Assembly (NCBI GenBank): GCA_018660415.1
Contig: JABJKG010000013.1
Location: 129,874 to 193,873 of the forward strand
DNA from: a bacterium
GTDB lineage: Bacteria; Babelota; Babeliae; Babelales; UBA12409
Length of the DNA stretch: 64,000 nucleotides
Direction: 5' to 3'
Position numbers and translations under genes: made by a program
Notes under the pieces: generated by a model
What the model saw: the letters and a program-made list of their open reading frames with translations, nothing else
What the model was told of the DNA's origin: nothing
Databases searched by the model: none
Shown here: in pieces, positions 10,040 through 19,575 of the stretch
Position numbering within the stretch: the first letter of the stretch is position 1
Layout: every line of letters begins with the position of its first letter

Positions 10040-11227
10040 ATGTCCAAGCTTATCATTCTCATCATTGGTACACGCCCAGAAGCTATAAAAATGGCTCCCG
10101 TTTACTTTGCATTAAAGCGCAATAATATTCCGGTTAAAATATGTGCTACCTTTCAACATACCAACTTACTCCAAGAAGTGTTTGATATCTTTGGTATTGT
10201 TCCTGATTTTAATTTGAATATTATGAAAGCCGGTCAAGACATTTCTTACTTAACACAAGCTGTATTACGTGAGACTCGTATTGTATTTGAACAAGAAAAT
10301 CCATCACTGGTATTAGTACAAGGTGACACTACGACAGCGTTTGCAGCAGCATTATCAGCCTTTTATCTTAATATCGAAGTTGGACACATTGAAGCGGGTT
10401 TGCGTACGTATGATATATCATCGCCCTTTCCAGAAGAGTTTAATCGACAGGCGGTTAGCCTTTTTGCCAAGTTTAATTTTGCACCAACTTCGCTTGCTGT
10501 ACAAGCCCTTCAACGAAGTAATATCAAACAAGATTCAATTTTTTGTACTGGTAATACCATTGTCGATGCTTTATCGATCATGCAACGCAAGGTAGAACAA
10601 CAAGAAGTGGTGGTATCAAGCGCTTTAAAGAATTTAGTGAGTCAATGTGATACTAAAAACCAAAAGAAAATTTTGCTAACAGTGCATAGACGAGAATCAT
10701 TTAACGGTGGTATTAAACGGGTGCTGGAGACCATTAAAGAGTATGCCTTAGCTCATCCTGATGTTTTTTTCTTTTACCCCTTCCATCCTAATCCAGTAGT
10801 ACAGAAAGCCATACTTGAGGTCGGACTGAAGGATGTGAATAATATATATATGTGTGAGCCGCTACTTTATCCAGACTTGATTTACCTTTTAGTAAATATG
10901 GATCTAATACTGACTGATTCAGGAGGTATTCAGGAAGAAGCAATAAGTCTTGGAAAAACCGTGCTTGTAGCTCGAGATAAGACTGAGCGTATGGAAGGTG
11001 TTAATGCTGGTATTGCACACCTGGTTGGGACCAATAAACGTAAAATTAAAATGGCCTTGAATACGTATATTCGAAGAGAAAATGTTGAAGCAACTCAGAT
11101 ATATGGTAATGGGCGTGCTGCAGAAAAAATTGTTGAAATAATCGAACGTAATGGGAAAGCACATGAAAAAAGTTTGTGTAGTAGGACTCGGGTACATAGG
11201 GCTTCCAACAGCGATCATTGCTGCTGA
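10040..11227 (+). CDS. wecB: UDP-N-acetylglucosamine 2-epimerase (non-hydrolysing)
   Basis: Motifs GTRPEAIKMAPV, HIEAGLRT and TDSGGIQEEA. The 3' end runs 65-77 nt into wecC. Confidence 0.9.
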   Translation: MSKLIILIIGTRPEAIKMAPVYFALKRNNIPVKICATFQHTNLLQEVFDIFGIVPDFNLNIMKAGQDISYLTQAVLRETRIVFEQENPSLVLVQGDTTTAFAAALSAFYLNIEVGHIEAGLRTYDISSPFPEEFNRQAVSLFAKFNFAPTSLAVQALQRSNIKQDSIFCTGNTIVDALSIMQRKVEQQEVVVSSALKNLVSQCDTKNQKKILLTVHRRESFNGGIKRVLETIKEYALAHPDVFFFYPFHPNPVVQKAILEVGLKDVNNIYMCEPLLYPDLIYLLVNMDLILTDSGGIQEEAISLGKTVLVARDKTERMEGVNAGIAHLVGTNKRKIKMALNTYIRRENVEATQIYGNGRAAEKIVEIIERNGKAHEKSLCSRTRVHRASNSDHCC

Positions 11228-12458
11228 AAAAGGATATGAAGTTGTAGGTTTTGATGTGGATCAGGAGCGAGTTGATAGGATTAATAAGTATGATCCTGTT
11301 ATTGAAGAGCCTGAAATTATTGGACGACTTGAGTCGGTTTTAAAAAATAAATCATTTCGAGCTACTACTGAAATTGAGCCTGCAGATTATTATGTTGTAG
11401 CAGTTCCCACCCCCCTTACTTTACATCATGGTGTTGATCTTCAATTTGTATGGTCCGCCCTTGCGTCTATCATGCTAGTTATGAAGCCAGGAAGTACCGT
11501 TATCCTGGAATCAACAGTGCCCGTTGGGACTACCGAGAAAATGGTTCAACGTATTCATCGTTATAATAAAGAATGGAAAGTTGGTGTCGATTTCTTTGCC
11601 GCGCATTGTCCTGAACGTGTGTTGCCAGGCAATATTTTTTATGAACTAGAGCATAATGATCGCATTATTGGTGGCTATGATGACACATCATCCGAGCATG
11701 CAGCAGCATTTTATCGTTCATTTGTTACGGGTGAAATTTACATGAAAAGTGGTCGTCTTGCTGAAATGGTCAAGTTGATAGAAAACAGCTCTCGAGATGT
11801 ACAGATCGCTTTTGCTCACCAAGTAGCCTCTATGGCTGAAGCTGCCAAGCTTGATCCTTATGAAGTAATTGATATGGCCAATAAACATCCTCGTGTTAAT
11901 GTTTTAAATCCAACCAGTGGCGTTGGTGGACATTGTATCGCTATAGATCCATATTTTTTGATGGAATCATTTCCGCAACAAACACAGCTTATCGCTGCAG
12001 CACGACAAGTTAACAACTTACGAACACAACAGGTTATTGATCAAATTCACCATGCTGTAGCCGAATTTAAGCAACCTCCTACCTTGTTGTTGGCTGGTTT
12101 GACCTATAAAGCAGATGTTGATGACTTGCGTGAGTCTCCAGCGCTCAAGATTGCACAAACATTACAAGGATATGACAATATTAATTTCTTAGTAACTGAG
12201 CCCAATGTATCAAAAGCTAACTTACAGCAGTATTTTAAGCCAGAGCAAATAGTGTCTTTCGAGCAAGGAATTGAAAAAGTAGACATGATTGTATTGTTGG
12301 TAGCGCATAGTGTATTTAAAATAGATTTACATGTTCAAGTACTGCAGTCCAAGCATATACTTGATTATTGTGGTAGTTGGTTTAAGGCTATACAAAAAAC
12401 CGAAAACAGTTTTTATCGCCCTTCTGTAGTTGAAAAAAACTTTGATCAAAAGCTTTAA
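11151..12458 (+). CDS. wecC: UDP-N-acetyl-D-mannosamine dehydrogenase (UDP-sugar 6-dehydrogenase family)
   Basis: Rossmann VCVVGLGYIGLPTA and catalytic Cys context GVGGHCI. It lies directly after wecB. An alternative start is the ATG at 11163. Confidence 0.85.
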   Translation: MGKHMKKVCVVGLGYIGLPTAIIAAEKGYEVVGFDVDQERVDRINKYDPVIEEPEIIGRLESVLKNKSFRATTEIEPADYYVVAVPTPLTLHHGVDLQFVWSALASIMLVMKPGSTVILESTVPVGTTEKMVQRIHRYNKEWKVGVDFFAAHCPERVLPGNIFYELEHNDRIIGGYDDTSSEHAAAFYRSFVTGEIYMKSGRLAEMVKLIENSSRDVQIAFAHQVASMAEAAKLDPYEVIDMANKHPRVNVLNPTSGVGGHCIAIDPYFLMESFPQQTQLIAAARQVNNLRTQQVIDQIHHAVAEFKQPPTLLLAGLTYKADVDDLRESPALKIAQTLQGYDNINFLVTEPNVSKANLQQYFKPEQIVSFEQGIEKVDMIVLLVAHSVFKIDLHVQVLQSKHILDYCGSWFKAIQKTENSFYRPSVVEKNFDQKL

Positions 12459-12554
12459 AATTTGTGAATAACCTTAAAAAGAGTTAAGTTGAAATATAAG
12501 TAAGCGTGCTCATTATGAGCTTTTTTTAAGACTCTTCTTGGGGAGATATCGACC

Positions 12555-14720
12555 ATGAGACAAGTATTCCTAAATAAGGAGGCTTTATCTATTAAAGAGG
12601 TATGCCAGCCTTTATTAGATGACTATTCAGTTTTAGTTTCCGTTACTTACTCCTTCATGAGTACCGGAAAAGGACTAGCCAATGTATTACAGTCCAATCA
12701 ACAACACTATTCAGGAGGTATTCCTGAAAAAATAAGACATCTTGTGCATCTTATTTCGCATCAAGATACAGGTCCGGCTAAAAACATTATAAAAGACTCT
12801 GGCAGTTATATTCCTCTTGGACAGTCATGTTCTGGTGTTATCATTGCCATCGGCAAAAAAGTACAAAAATTTCGTATTGGCGACTATGTGGCATGTACGG
12901 GCGATGGACTTGCCAACCATGCCGATGTTGTTTGTATTCCTGAAAAATTAGCCGTTCGTATTGAAGACGAAAATTTTCTCAAGGAAGCCTGTATAACCGG
13001 TATTGGTGCTATGGCACTGCAGAGCGTTCGACGTGCAAGTATAGAACTAGGAGACTTTGTTGCTATTGTTGGACTGGAGACACTAGGTCAACTTATGGTA
13101 CAACTGGCTAAGCTTTCAGGGGCGCGGGTTATTGCCTTTGATACGGAGCCTACACGGCTTGAGCTTGCAAGAAAGTCTGGTGCCGAGCATGTGTTTAATT
13201 TGAACGATAAAGACTTTTCTCAAACGATTAAATCGCTAACCTCATCTCATGGGTTGGATCGCGTTATTATTTCACCAGATTGTTTTTGTGATAATATTGA
13301 CGAGCTTTTTCTTGATCTTACACGCAAAAAAGGAACAATTGTCGTTGCTGGAAATAAGAAAGCAAAGTTTAACCAAGAGTCATCATATCAAAAAGAAATT
13401 AATGTTTTATTTTCATTTTCCCATGGTCCTGGGCGTTATGAGCAAGACTATGAGTATGGTGGATATGATTATCCCTATGCTTTTGTTCGATGGTCAGAAA
13501 ATAGAAATTTACAGCTGTTTGCTAATATGATTGTTCAAAAACAATTGCGGCTTGAGCATTTATTAGAAAAAGAGGTTCAGTTGAGTGAATTGACTAACCT
13601 TTTGGATCAGCGAAATAACGATGGCATTGGATTTGTTTTAGACTACGACAAAAAGGATGAAAAAGACAGTGGTGCATGTCCGGTTCAACTGTTAAAAAAG
13701 AACTTGGATTCTGGCTCATTCATCCCTGCTCGTTATGATCGTAAGGTTAAAGTAAGCTTTTATGGGCTTAATGGTGTAACACAAAATGGTATACTTCCAA
13801 CCATGGCTGGACTGAAAGATTTTGCGATTGATCGAATTGTTGATCGAAACATATCTCATGCATTAAACACAGCAAATAAATATCGTGGAGCGGTGCCATT
13901 AACGGGTGGCCTTGAAATTTTACGTGATATTGATCAGACTGATGCGATTTTTTTTGGCTCACTTAAGGGGGTTTCTCTTGAGAATTTTATGACCATATTA
14001 GAACAGCAAAAAAGCCTGTTTATTACCCATCCGCTGGCTAAAAAAGAATCAGATATAAGAGCTATAGAAGATTTTTTTGAAAAATCTCCTGAATCAAAGT
14101 TGTTTATTTGTTTTAATAGAACCTACTCCCCTTTCATTAAAAAAATAAAAACACAAATTGATCAGCGCTCAGTTAAGCCAATGATGATGAATTATCGAGT
14201 TAATCTTAAGGCCGTTGATAGGGTTCAAAAAAAATCAGATCAAGAAGGAAGTATTATTGCACGGGCATCACATATTATTGATGTTCTTTGTTACTTAAAT
14301 GATTCCAAGCCGGTAAGCATATCTGTGGAGGCGTTGTCGCCACGAGTTAATCATATTTTTCCTACAGATAATTTTAGTTGTCAGATTAGTTTTGCCAATG
14401 GTTCAGTTTGTAGCATTCTTTTTACCGCTCTTGGTTATGAAGATAGTGGCAATGAGCGTCTCGAGATTTTTTATGATTCTAAAACTATTGTCATGGAAGA
14501 TTATGTTCGCTTGACTGGTTTTGGGTTACCACAGACGTTTGACGAACTAGTGCGTGAGCCAGACATGGGTTATGGAAAGATGCTAGAAGAGTATTTGAAG
14601 TACATGAATTTGCCAAAGCAAGATCTTTTATCTTCTATTGTGCGTTGGAATACGGTTCAAAGTTTAACTTTAGCGGTTGATGAGCTGGCATGCCAGGGTG
14701 GTGGTGAAAAGACGGTTTAA
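12555..14720 (+). CDS. Bi-domain oxidoreductase (MDR/zinc-ADH-like N-terminal half fused to a Gfo/Idh/MocA-like C-terminal half)
   Basis: 721 aa. The N-terminal half resembles a medium-chain dehydrogenase (GDYVACTG, Rossmann GLETLGQLMVQLAKLSGARVIAFD). The C-terminal ~330 aa has a second dinucleotide-type fold. Confidence 0.6.
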   Translation: MRQVFLNKEALSIKEVCQPLLDDYSVLVSVTYSFMSTGKGLANVLQSNQQHYSGGIPEKIRHLVHLISHQDTGPAKNIIKDSGSYIPLGQSCSGVIIAIGKKVQKFRIGDYVACTGDGLANHADVVCIPEKLAVRIEDENFLKEACITGIGAMALQSVRRASIELGDFVAIVGLETLGQLMVQLAKLSGARVIAFDTEPTRLELARKSGAEHVFNLNDKDFSQTIKSLTSSHGLDRVIISPDCFCDNIDELFLDLTRKKGTIVVAGNKKAKFNQESSYQKEINVLFSFSHGPGRYEQDYEYGGYDYPYAFVRWSENRNLQLFANMIVQKQLRLEHLLEKEVQLSELTNLLDQRNNDGIGFVLDYDKKDEKDSGACPVQLLKKNLDSGSFIPARYDRKVKVSFYGLNGVTQNGILPTMAGLKDFAIDRIVDRNISHALNTANKYRGAVPLTGGLEILRDIDQTDAIFFGSLKGVSLENFMTILEQQKSLFITHPLAKKESDIRAIEDFFEKSPESKLFICFNRTYSPFIKKIKTQIDQRSVKPMMMNYRVNLKAVDRVQKKSDQEGSIIARASHIIDVLCYLNDSKPVSISVEALSPRVNHIFPTDNFSCQISFANGSVCSILFTALGYEDSGNERLEIFYDSKTIVMEDYVRLTGFGLPQTFDELVREPDMGYGKMLEEYLKYMNLPKQDLLSSIVRWNTVQSLTLAVDELACQGGGEKTV

Positions 14721-15390
14721 AAGGTAGCCTTTACGTTTTTTTTTAGCTTTGTATTGCTTTAAACAATCAAGTGTTTTTTTCCCGTAGGGCATAAAGGCTT
14801 TTTCAAGATTAAATGTTTGCTGCTTAATTTCATGTTCTCTTTTGCAAAGAAATTTTTCAGTAACCTCAGCCCAATTATTGATTATAAGGACAGGAAGATT
14901 TTTATCCATCTCCAGATATATATGATTCTGGGGCGATTGCCCGGCGTAATAGTACTGCACAATACAAAAAAATAAATCCATACAATTTTCATTTTATTTT
15001 ACTTTCTTGAGGACGTTTTAATTTTTAAAGGAAAGCACATATAAATTTTGTGTAGAGGTTATAAAGATATGAAAGAAAGATGCTAGAGTATGGGCAGAAT
15101 AACTATAATATAAAGTGAAATAAAAGAGAATTGAATACTATAGCTGGAGTATCAGTGTTGTGTTTTTTCTCATAAGAAGAGGGTTGATTTCAATTTTCAA
15201 TTAGTTTTGCAAATAGATCGGTCTACAGTATACTTTGGGTATATCTCATGGATCAGCAGCAGTAATGAACCTATTTTATAAATTCTATGAGTTCCCTTAG
15301 ATAAGACAAACTTATTCCGAGAGAAACCACATGACTGAGTTGGGGTGTTAAGGTAGTGGTACAAGCGGATTTATAAAATAGGAAGAGTTC

Positions 15391-16509
15391 ATGAAGAAGC
15401 TATTAAGTGTTGTATGTTTGATTTTCTGTGGTTCTTTGTATGGTATGCAAAAAAAAGCTATTATTTTTGGAGTTACCGGGCAGGACGGATCTTATTTAGC
15501 TGAATTGCTATTAAGCAAGGGGTATGAGGTTCATGGGGTTAAGCGCAGGTCTTCTTCCTTTAACACTTCTCGGTTAAATAGTTTGTATCAAGATTCTCAT
15601 GGTGAGAATGTTAGTTTTAAACTTCATTATGGTGATCTAACCGATTCTCTCAATATAACGAGCCTTTTACGAGAAATAGAACCAGATGAGATTTATAATC
15701 TTGGAGCTCAAAGTCATGTTCGGGTGTCATTTGATATTCCAGAGTACACCGGTAACTGTGACGGCTTAGGTACGCTTCGCATTTTAGAAGCAATTAGGTT
15801 TTTAGGGCTAGAGCAAAAAACAAAATTCTATCAAGCATCGACTAGTGAACTTTATGGATTAGTTCAAGAGATCCCTCAAAAAGAAACGACGCCTTTTTAT
15901 CCACGATCACCCTATGCTGTAGCTAAGATATATGGGTATTGGATTACCGTGAACTATCGAGAATCATATAATATGTTTGCGTGTAACGGTATTTTATTTA
16001 ATCATGAATCTCCTCGTCGTGGAGAAACTTTCGTAACCAAAAAAATCAGTATGGCTATTGCTAAAATTAAGTATGGTCTTCAGGATTGTTTATACTTAGG
16101 AAATATGGATTCCAAGCGTGATTGGGGTTATGCAGCTGATTATGTTGAAGCTATGTGGATGATGTTACAACAGGATAAGCCGCAAGATTTTGTTATAGCT
16201 ACTGGTGAAACTCACACAGTTCGGGAGTTTGTTGAAGTTGCTTGTAAAGAGGCTGGCATTGCTTTAACGTGGCAAGGATCTGGTCTTGATGAAGTAGGAA
16301 TTAATGCTTCTGGTAAAACAATAGTTAAAATTGATCCTCGTTACTATCGTCCAGCAGAAGTGGAATTTTTACTTGGAGATCCTTCAAAAGCTGAAAAAGA
16401 ACTTGGATGGAAGCCTAAGGTTTGTTTTAAAGAGTTAGTTAAGCGGATGGTTCAGTTTGATTTAGAACAGTGTTGTATGAGTAATAATGTACGTCGAAAC
16501 AAGGAATAA
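15391..16509 (+). CDS. gmd: GDP-mannose 4,6-dehydratase with an 18-aa N-terminal hydrophobic extension
   Basis: Motifs [22 protein letters not shown] and NHESPRRG. A Shine-Dalgarno-like AGGAAG lies 7 nt before the ATG at 15391. No such site precedes the internal Met at 15445. Confidence 0.93.
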   Translation: MKKLLSVVCLIFCGSLYGMQKKAIIFGVTGQDGSYLAELLLSKGYEVHGVKRRSSSFNTSRLNSLYQDSHGENVSFKLHYGDLTDSLNITSLLREIEPDEIYNLGAQSHVRVSFDIPEYTGNCDGLGTLRILEAIRFLGLEQKTKFYQASTSELYGLVQEIPQKETTPFYPRSPYAVAKIYGYWITVNYRESYNMFACNGILFNHESPRRGETFVTKKISMAIAKIKYGLQDCLYLGNMDSKRDWGYAADYVEAMWMMLQQDKPQDFVIATGETHTVREFVEVACKEAGIALTWQGSGLDEVGINASGKTIVKIDPRYYRPAEVEFLLGDPSKAEKELGWKPKVCFKELVKRMVQFDLEQCCMSNNVRRNKE

Positions 16510-16510
16510 C

Positions 16511-17503
16511 ATGAAAAAAACATATGTATTGATGATCGTCTTTTTATTTGTCACTATGGCTGAATGTGCTATGGATAAAAACGCAAGGATTTTTGTTGCT
16601 GGTCATAGAGGGTTAGTGGGCTCGGCATTGGTTAGAATCCTGGACGATCTTGGTTATCATAATTTAATATTACGGTCTCATGATGAACTTGATTTAACTG
16701 ACAAATTGGCTGTAGAAGAGTTTTTTGCGCAAGAAGAGCCGGATTATGTATTTTTAGCTGCAGCCAAGGTAGGGGGTATCGTTGGAAATAGCCGCTATCC
16801 GGCAGACTTTATATATGAAAACCTTCAAATTGAAACCAATGTGATTCATTCTTCCTATAGATTTGGAGTTAAAAAGCTCCTATTTCTAGGTTCATCTTGT
16901 ATATATCCGCGTATGTGTCCACAACCAATTAAAGAAGAGTATTTATTAAGTGACTATTTAGAGCCCACAAACGATGCCTATGCGATCGCAAAGATTGCTG
17001 GGATCAAAATGTGCCAATCGTATAATAAGCAGTATGGGACTAATTTTATAGCCTGTATGCCTACAAACCTTTATGGGCTTAATGATAACTTTGATTTAGA
17101 AATGTCGCATGTGCTTCCAGCTCTTATTGCAAAGGTTCAGAAAGCCAAGGCTAATGGCGATAAAAACTTTGTAGTTTGGGGGACAGGTCAAGTTAAACGA
17201 GAGTTTCTCTATGTTGATGATTTAGCTGAAGCATGTGTTTTTCTTATGAACAATTATGATGACAGTGATATTATTAACATTGGGACCGGTGAAGATGTAA
17301 CTATTGCTCAATTGGTGGAGGCTGTGAAAAGGGCTATAGGATATGACGGTGAAATTATTTATGATACTACCAAGCCGGATGGTACTCCTCGTAAGTTACT
17401 GGATGTAAGCAAAATAAATAATCTTGGGTGGAAGGCTAAGCATTCTTTAGCGGATGGTTTAGAGCTGACAACCAAATGGTATAAGCGGACCATTATCGGA
17501 TGA
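16511..17503 (+). CDS. fcl: GDP-L-fucose synthase (GDP-4-keto-6-deoxymannose 3,5-epimerase/4-reductase) with a 20-aa N-terminal hydrophobic extension
   Basis: Motifs RIFVAGHRGLVGSA and YAIAKIAG. AAGGAA lies 6 nt before the ATG at 16511, which is 1 nt after the gmd stop. Confidence 0.9.
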   Translation: MKKTYVLMIVFLFVTMAECAMDKNARIFVAGHRGLVGSALVRILDDLGYHNLILRSHDELDLTDKLAVEEFFAQEEPDYVFLAAAKVGGIVGNSRYPADFIYENLQIETNVIHSSYRFGVKKLLFLGSSCIYPRMCPQPIKEEYLLSDYLEPTNDAYAIAKIAGIKMCQSYNKQYGTNFIACMPTNLYGLNDNFDLEMSHVLPALIAKVQKAKANGDKNFVVWGTGQVKREFLYVDDLAEACVFLMNNYDDSDIINIGTGEDVTIAQLVEAVKRAIGYDGEIIYDTTKPDGTPRKLLDVSKINNLGWKAKHSLADGLELTTKWYKRTIIG

Positions 17504-17530
17504 TTGATCTTTTTTAAATAAAGGTTGCAT

Positions 17531-18406
17531 ATGAAGAGTAAAGCGGTAACAGCTATTACTTTATGCTTTTTGCAGTTAACGTTTGGAGACTCTGCTATAA
17601 GTTATCAAATTTCCGGTGGGAGACTCGGAGATCAGTTGATTTCCTACTGTATAGCTAAGGAGATTTCTCTTAAATATGACATTCCCTTATTGTATAAACC
17701 CTTTAAGTATTCAGATCAGCTTCAATTATCATTATTAGATAAGTCTTTTTCTTCAAATTTTGATCACTATACAACTGTGGAAATAGGGCATGATCTTCCT
17801 AAAGAAATTAAAAAGAAAAAGAAGAAGGCAACGCATATTTTATATGAAGTGGCTTTTCAGCACTGGAGAGCTTCTACTCCTGATAAAGCATGGTATGGGG
17901 TTTGTTCTGACCAATCATTTCGGCAGGAACTAAGAAAATACATTGCACCATGTTCAGATATTTCTGTTGTAAAGCCACCAAAAGGTGTAATCAGTGTAGC
18001 GATGCATGTTAGAACTGGTGATGGCTATGATCCAGGGAGCTTAGTGGATAGTTATTATGAAAAATTTCCTAAAGATGATTTTTTTATTGATCAAATTCTG
18101 CGGTTAAATGAGATATTTAGAGGTAATTCATTATATATTTATATTTTTACGGACTCTTTGAATACGGGTGTAATTAAAGCTAAATTTCAGTCGGTTTTTA
18201 GTGATTATCCAAGTATAGTTTTTAATTGTAAGGACGGAGACAATGGCTGGGATAATAATGTACTGGAGGACTTGTTTTCAATGCCTTACTTTGACTGTTT
18301 GATTCGTCCAAAATCAGGTTATTCGGTCATTGCTCAAGCCATAGGGAATTATAAAGTTGTTTTATATCCAGGAGGGGAAATCAATAATTTAACAACTTCG
18401 AATTGA
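17531..18406 (+). CDS. Putative fucosyltransferase (GT11/GT23/NodZ-type superfamily) with signal-anchor
   Basis: Motifs GGRLGDQLISYCIA (compare GGLGNQMFQYA), HVRTGD (compare HxRRGDY), IFTDS and LFSMPYFDCLIRPKSGYS. It lies directly downstream of gmd-fcl. Confidence 0.5.
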   Translation: MKSKAVTAITLCFLQLTFGDSAISYQISGGRLGDQLISYCIAKEISLKYDIPLLYKPFKYSDQLQLSLLDKSFSSNFDHYTTVEIGHDLPKEIKKKKKKATHILYEVAFQHWRASTPDKAWYGVCSDQSFRQELRKYIAPCSDISVVKPPKGVISVAMHVRTGDGYDPGSLVDSYYEKFPKDDFFIDQILRLNEIFRGNSLYIYIFTDSLNTGVIKAKFQSVFSDYPSIVFNCKDGDNGWDNNVLEDLFSMPYFDCLIRPKSGYSVIAQAIGNYKVVLYPGGEINNLTTSN

Positions 18407-18417
18407 CGATCTGGAAA

Positions 18418-19557
18418 TTAGTTCCAATCGATATCCCAAATATCCAACTTCTTGAATAAGGATTTTCCATACTGTTCTAACCATACTTGTACTTGTATTT
18501 TTTGCCAACTTTTGGCATGAGCATAAATATCCTTGTCAAAAAACTTATATTCTGAAAACCAGCTTTGTGGAGAAACTTTAGTTTCTAATCCAACTTCATT
18601 TTTGCTTTCACCGTATATTTTATTTATTTTATAAGGGTTCATTTTTGGATTACGAATTCGCTCTAAACATCGATACCATGCTTGTTTTATTAAAAGATTC
18701 TCCCAATTAACAAATTGGAAATGCATGAGGCCCACAGAGTAATCTCCTTGATAACGGGTGGTGATTACACTAGTAAATTGGTTTGTTGAATAGATTGTCC
18801 AAGCTTTAGTGGCTTGCGCTTGAGGAGATAAATCTGCATATTTTTCTTGTACGAAGTGTAGAACTTGAGTCAAGCGTATGCGTTGCTGGTAGTTTAAATG
18901 TATAACTTGTTGTGGCCTAAAATGCAGTAAAGGATCTTCAAGAGTAAGGTTATATCTTTGTCCTGTGAGATTCAGGTTCGGTGATCTAGAGCAGTGGATG
19001 AAGTTAGAGTTATATGAGCAGCCAGGCTGATCACAAAATATACAGTCATTAAGACTTCCAGACCAAGGAGAGCTATCGTATCGATATTGTTCTGTAGATC
19101 GCCACAGTTGAATCCAAGTAGCGTGTAGAACATCACCAGGTTGTAAAGATAAAATTTTATTACGAAGGAAATTTTTATGTAGGCAGTTACTAGTGAAAAT
19201 TTCATCAGCATCAATAACGATGAAATGGGTTCCACCAGCCTTTCTACCCGCCTCTAGTAGTTTGTTTTTATCTCCAGGTTCATCTCTAAACCAAACCGTT
19301 TTTTTGATTATTTGTACAATATTACATTCGTTAGCTAGTGACTCTAGTATTGGAACTGTTTTACCATCATCCGATGCATCATCAAGAACTATAATAGCAT
19401 CTGTATATAAAGATAGTGCTTTGAGACATTGTCCTACTATATCAGCTTCGTTCCTTACTGCCACAAGCCCAATGATTTTGTGTGGTTTTTTAATTTGATT
19501 GTATGCATTTATACTTAGAACGAAGAAGGAAAATAAGAGTATACTTAATTTTTTCAT
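18418..19557 (-). CDS. GT2-like (GT-A fold) glycosyltransferase with signal-anchor
   Basis: Motif VAVRNEADIVGQCLKALSLYTDAIIVLDDASDDG...FIVIDADE (DxD). Confidence 0.6.
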   Translation of the reverse strand: MKKLSILLFSFFVLSINAYNQIKKPHKIIGLVAVRNEADIVGQCLKALSLYTDAIIVLDDASDDGKTVPILESLANECNIVQIIKKTVWFRDEPGDKNKLLEAGRKAGGTHFIVIDADEIFTSNCLHKNFLRNKILSLQPGDVLHATWIQLWRSTEQYRYDSSPWSGSLNDCIFCDQPGCSYNSNFIHCSRSPNLNLTGQRYNLTLEDPLLHFRPQQVIHLNYQQRIRLTQVLHFVQEKYADLSPQAQATKAWTIYSTNQFTSVITTRYQGDYSVGLMHFQFVNWENLLIKQAWYRCLERIRNPKMNPYKINKIYGESKNEVGLETKVSPQSWFSEYKFFDKDIYAHAKSWQKIQVQVWLEQYGKSLFKKLDIWDIDWN

Positions 19558-19575
19558 AGTTTTAACCTATTTTAT

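Noticed and set aside
11151-11227. Suspicion that the 65-77-nt wecB/wecC overlap reflects a frameshift or sequencing error
   Set aside because: Both proteins are full-length with intact N- and C-terminal motifs. The wecB tail is simply about 25 aa longer than usual, so no frameshift is needed.
14670-14981. 103-aa minus-strand ORF overlapping the 3' end of the bi-domain oxidoreductase by 51 nt
   Set aside because: It has no recognisable motif or obvious RBS, and it overlaps a confident gene. It could be a real small gene or a remnant, but I cannot support calling it.
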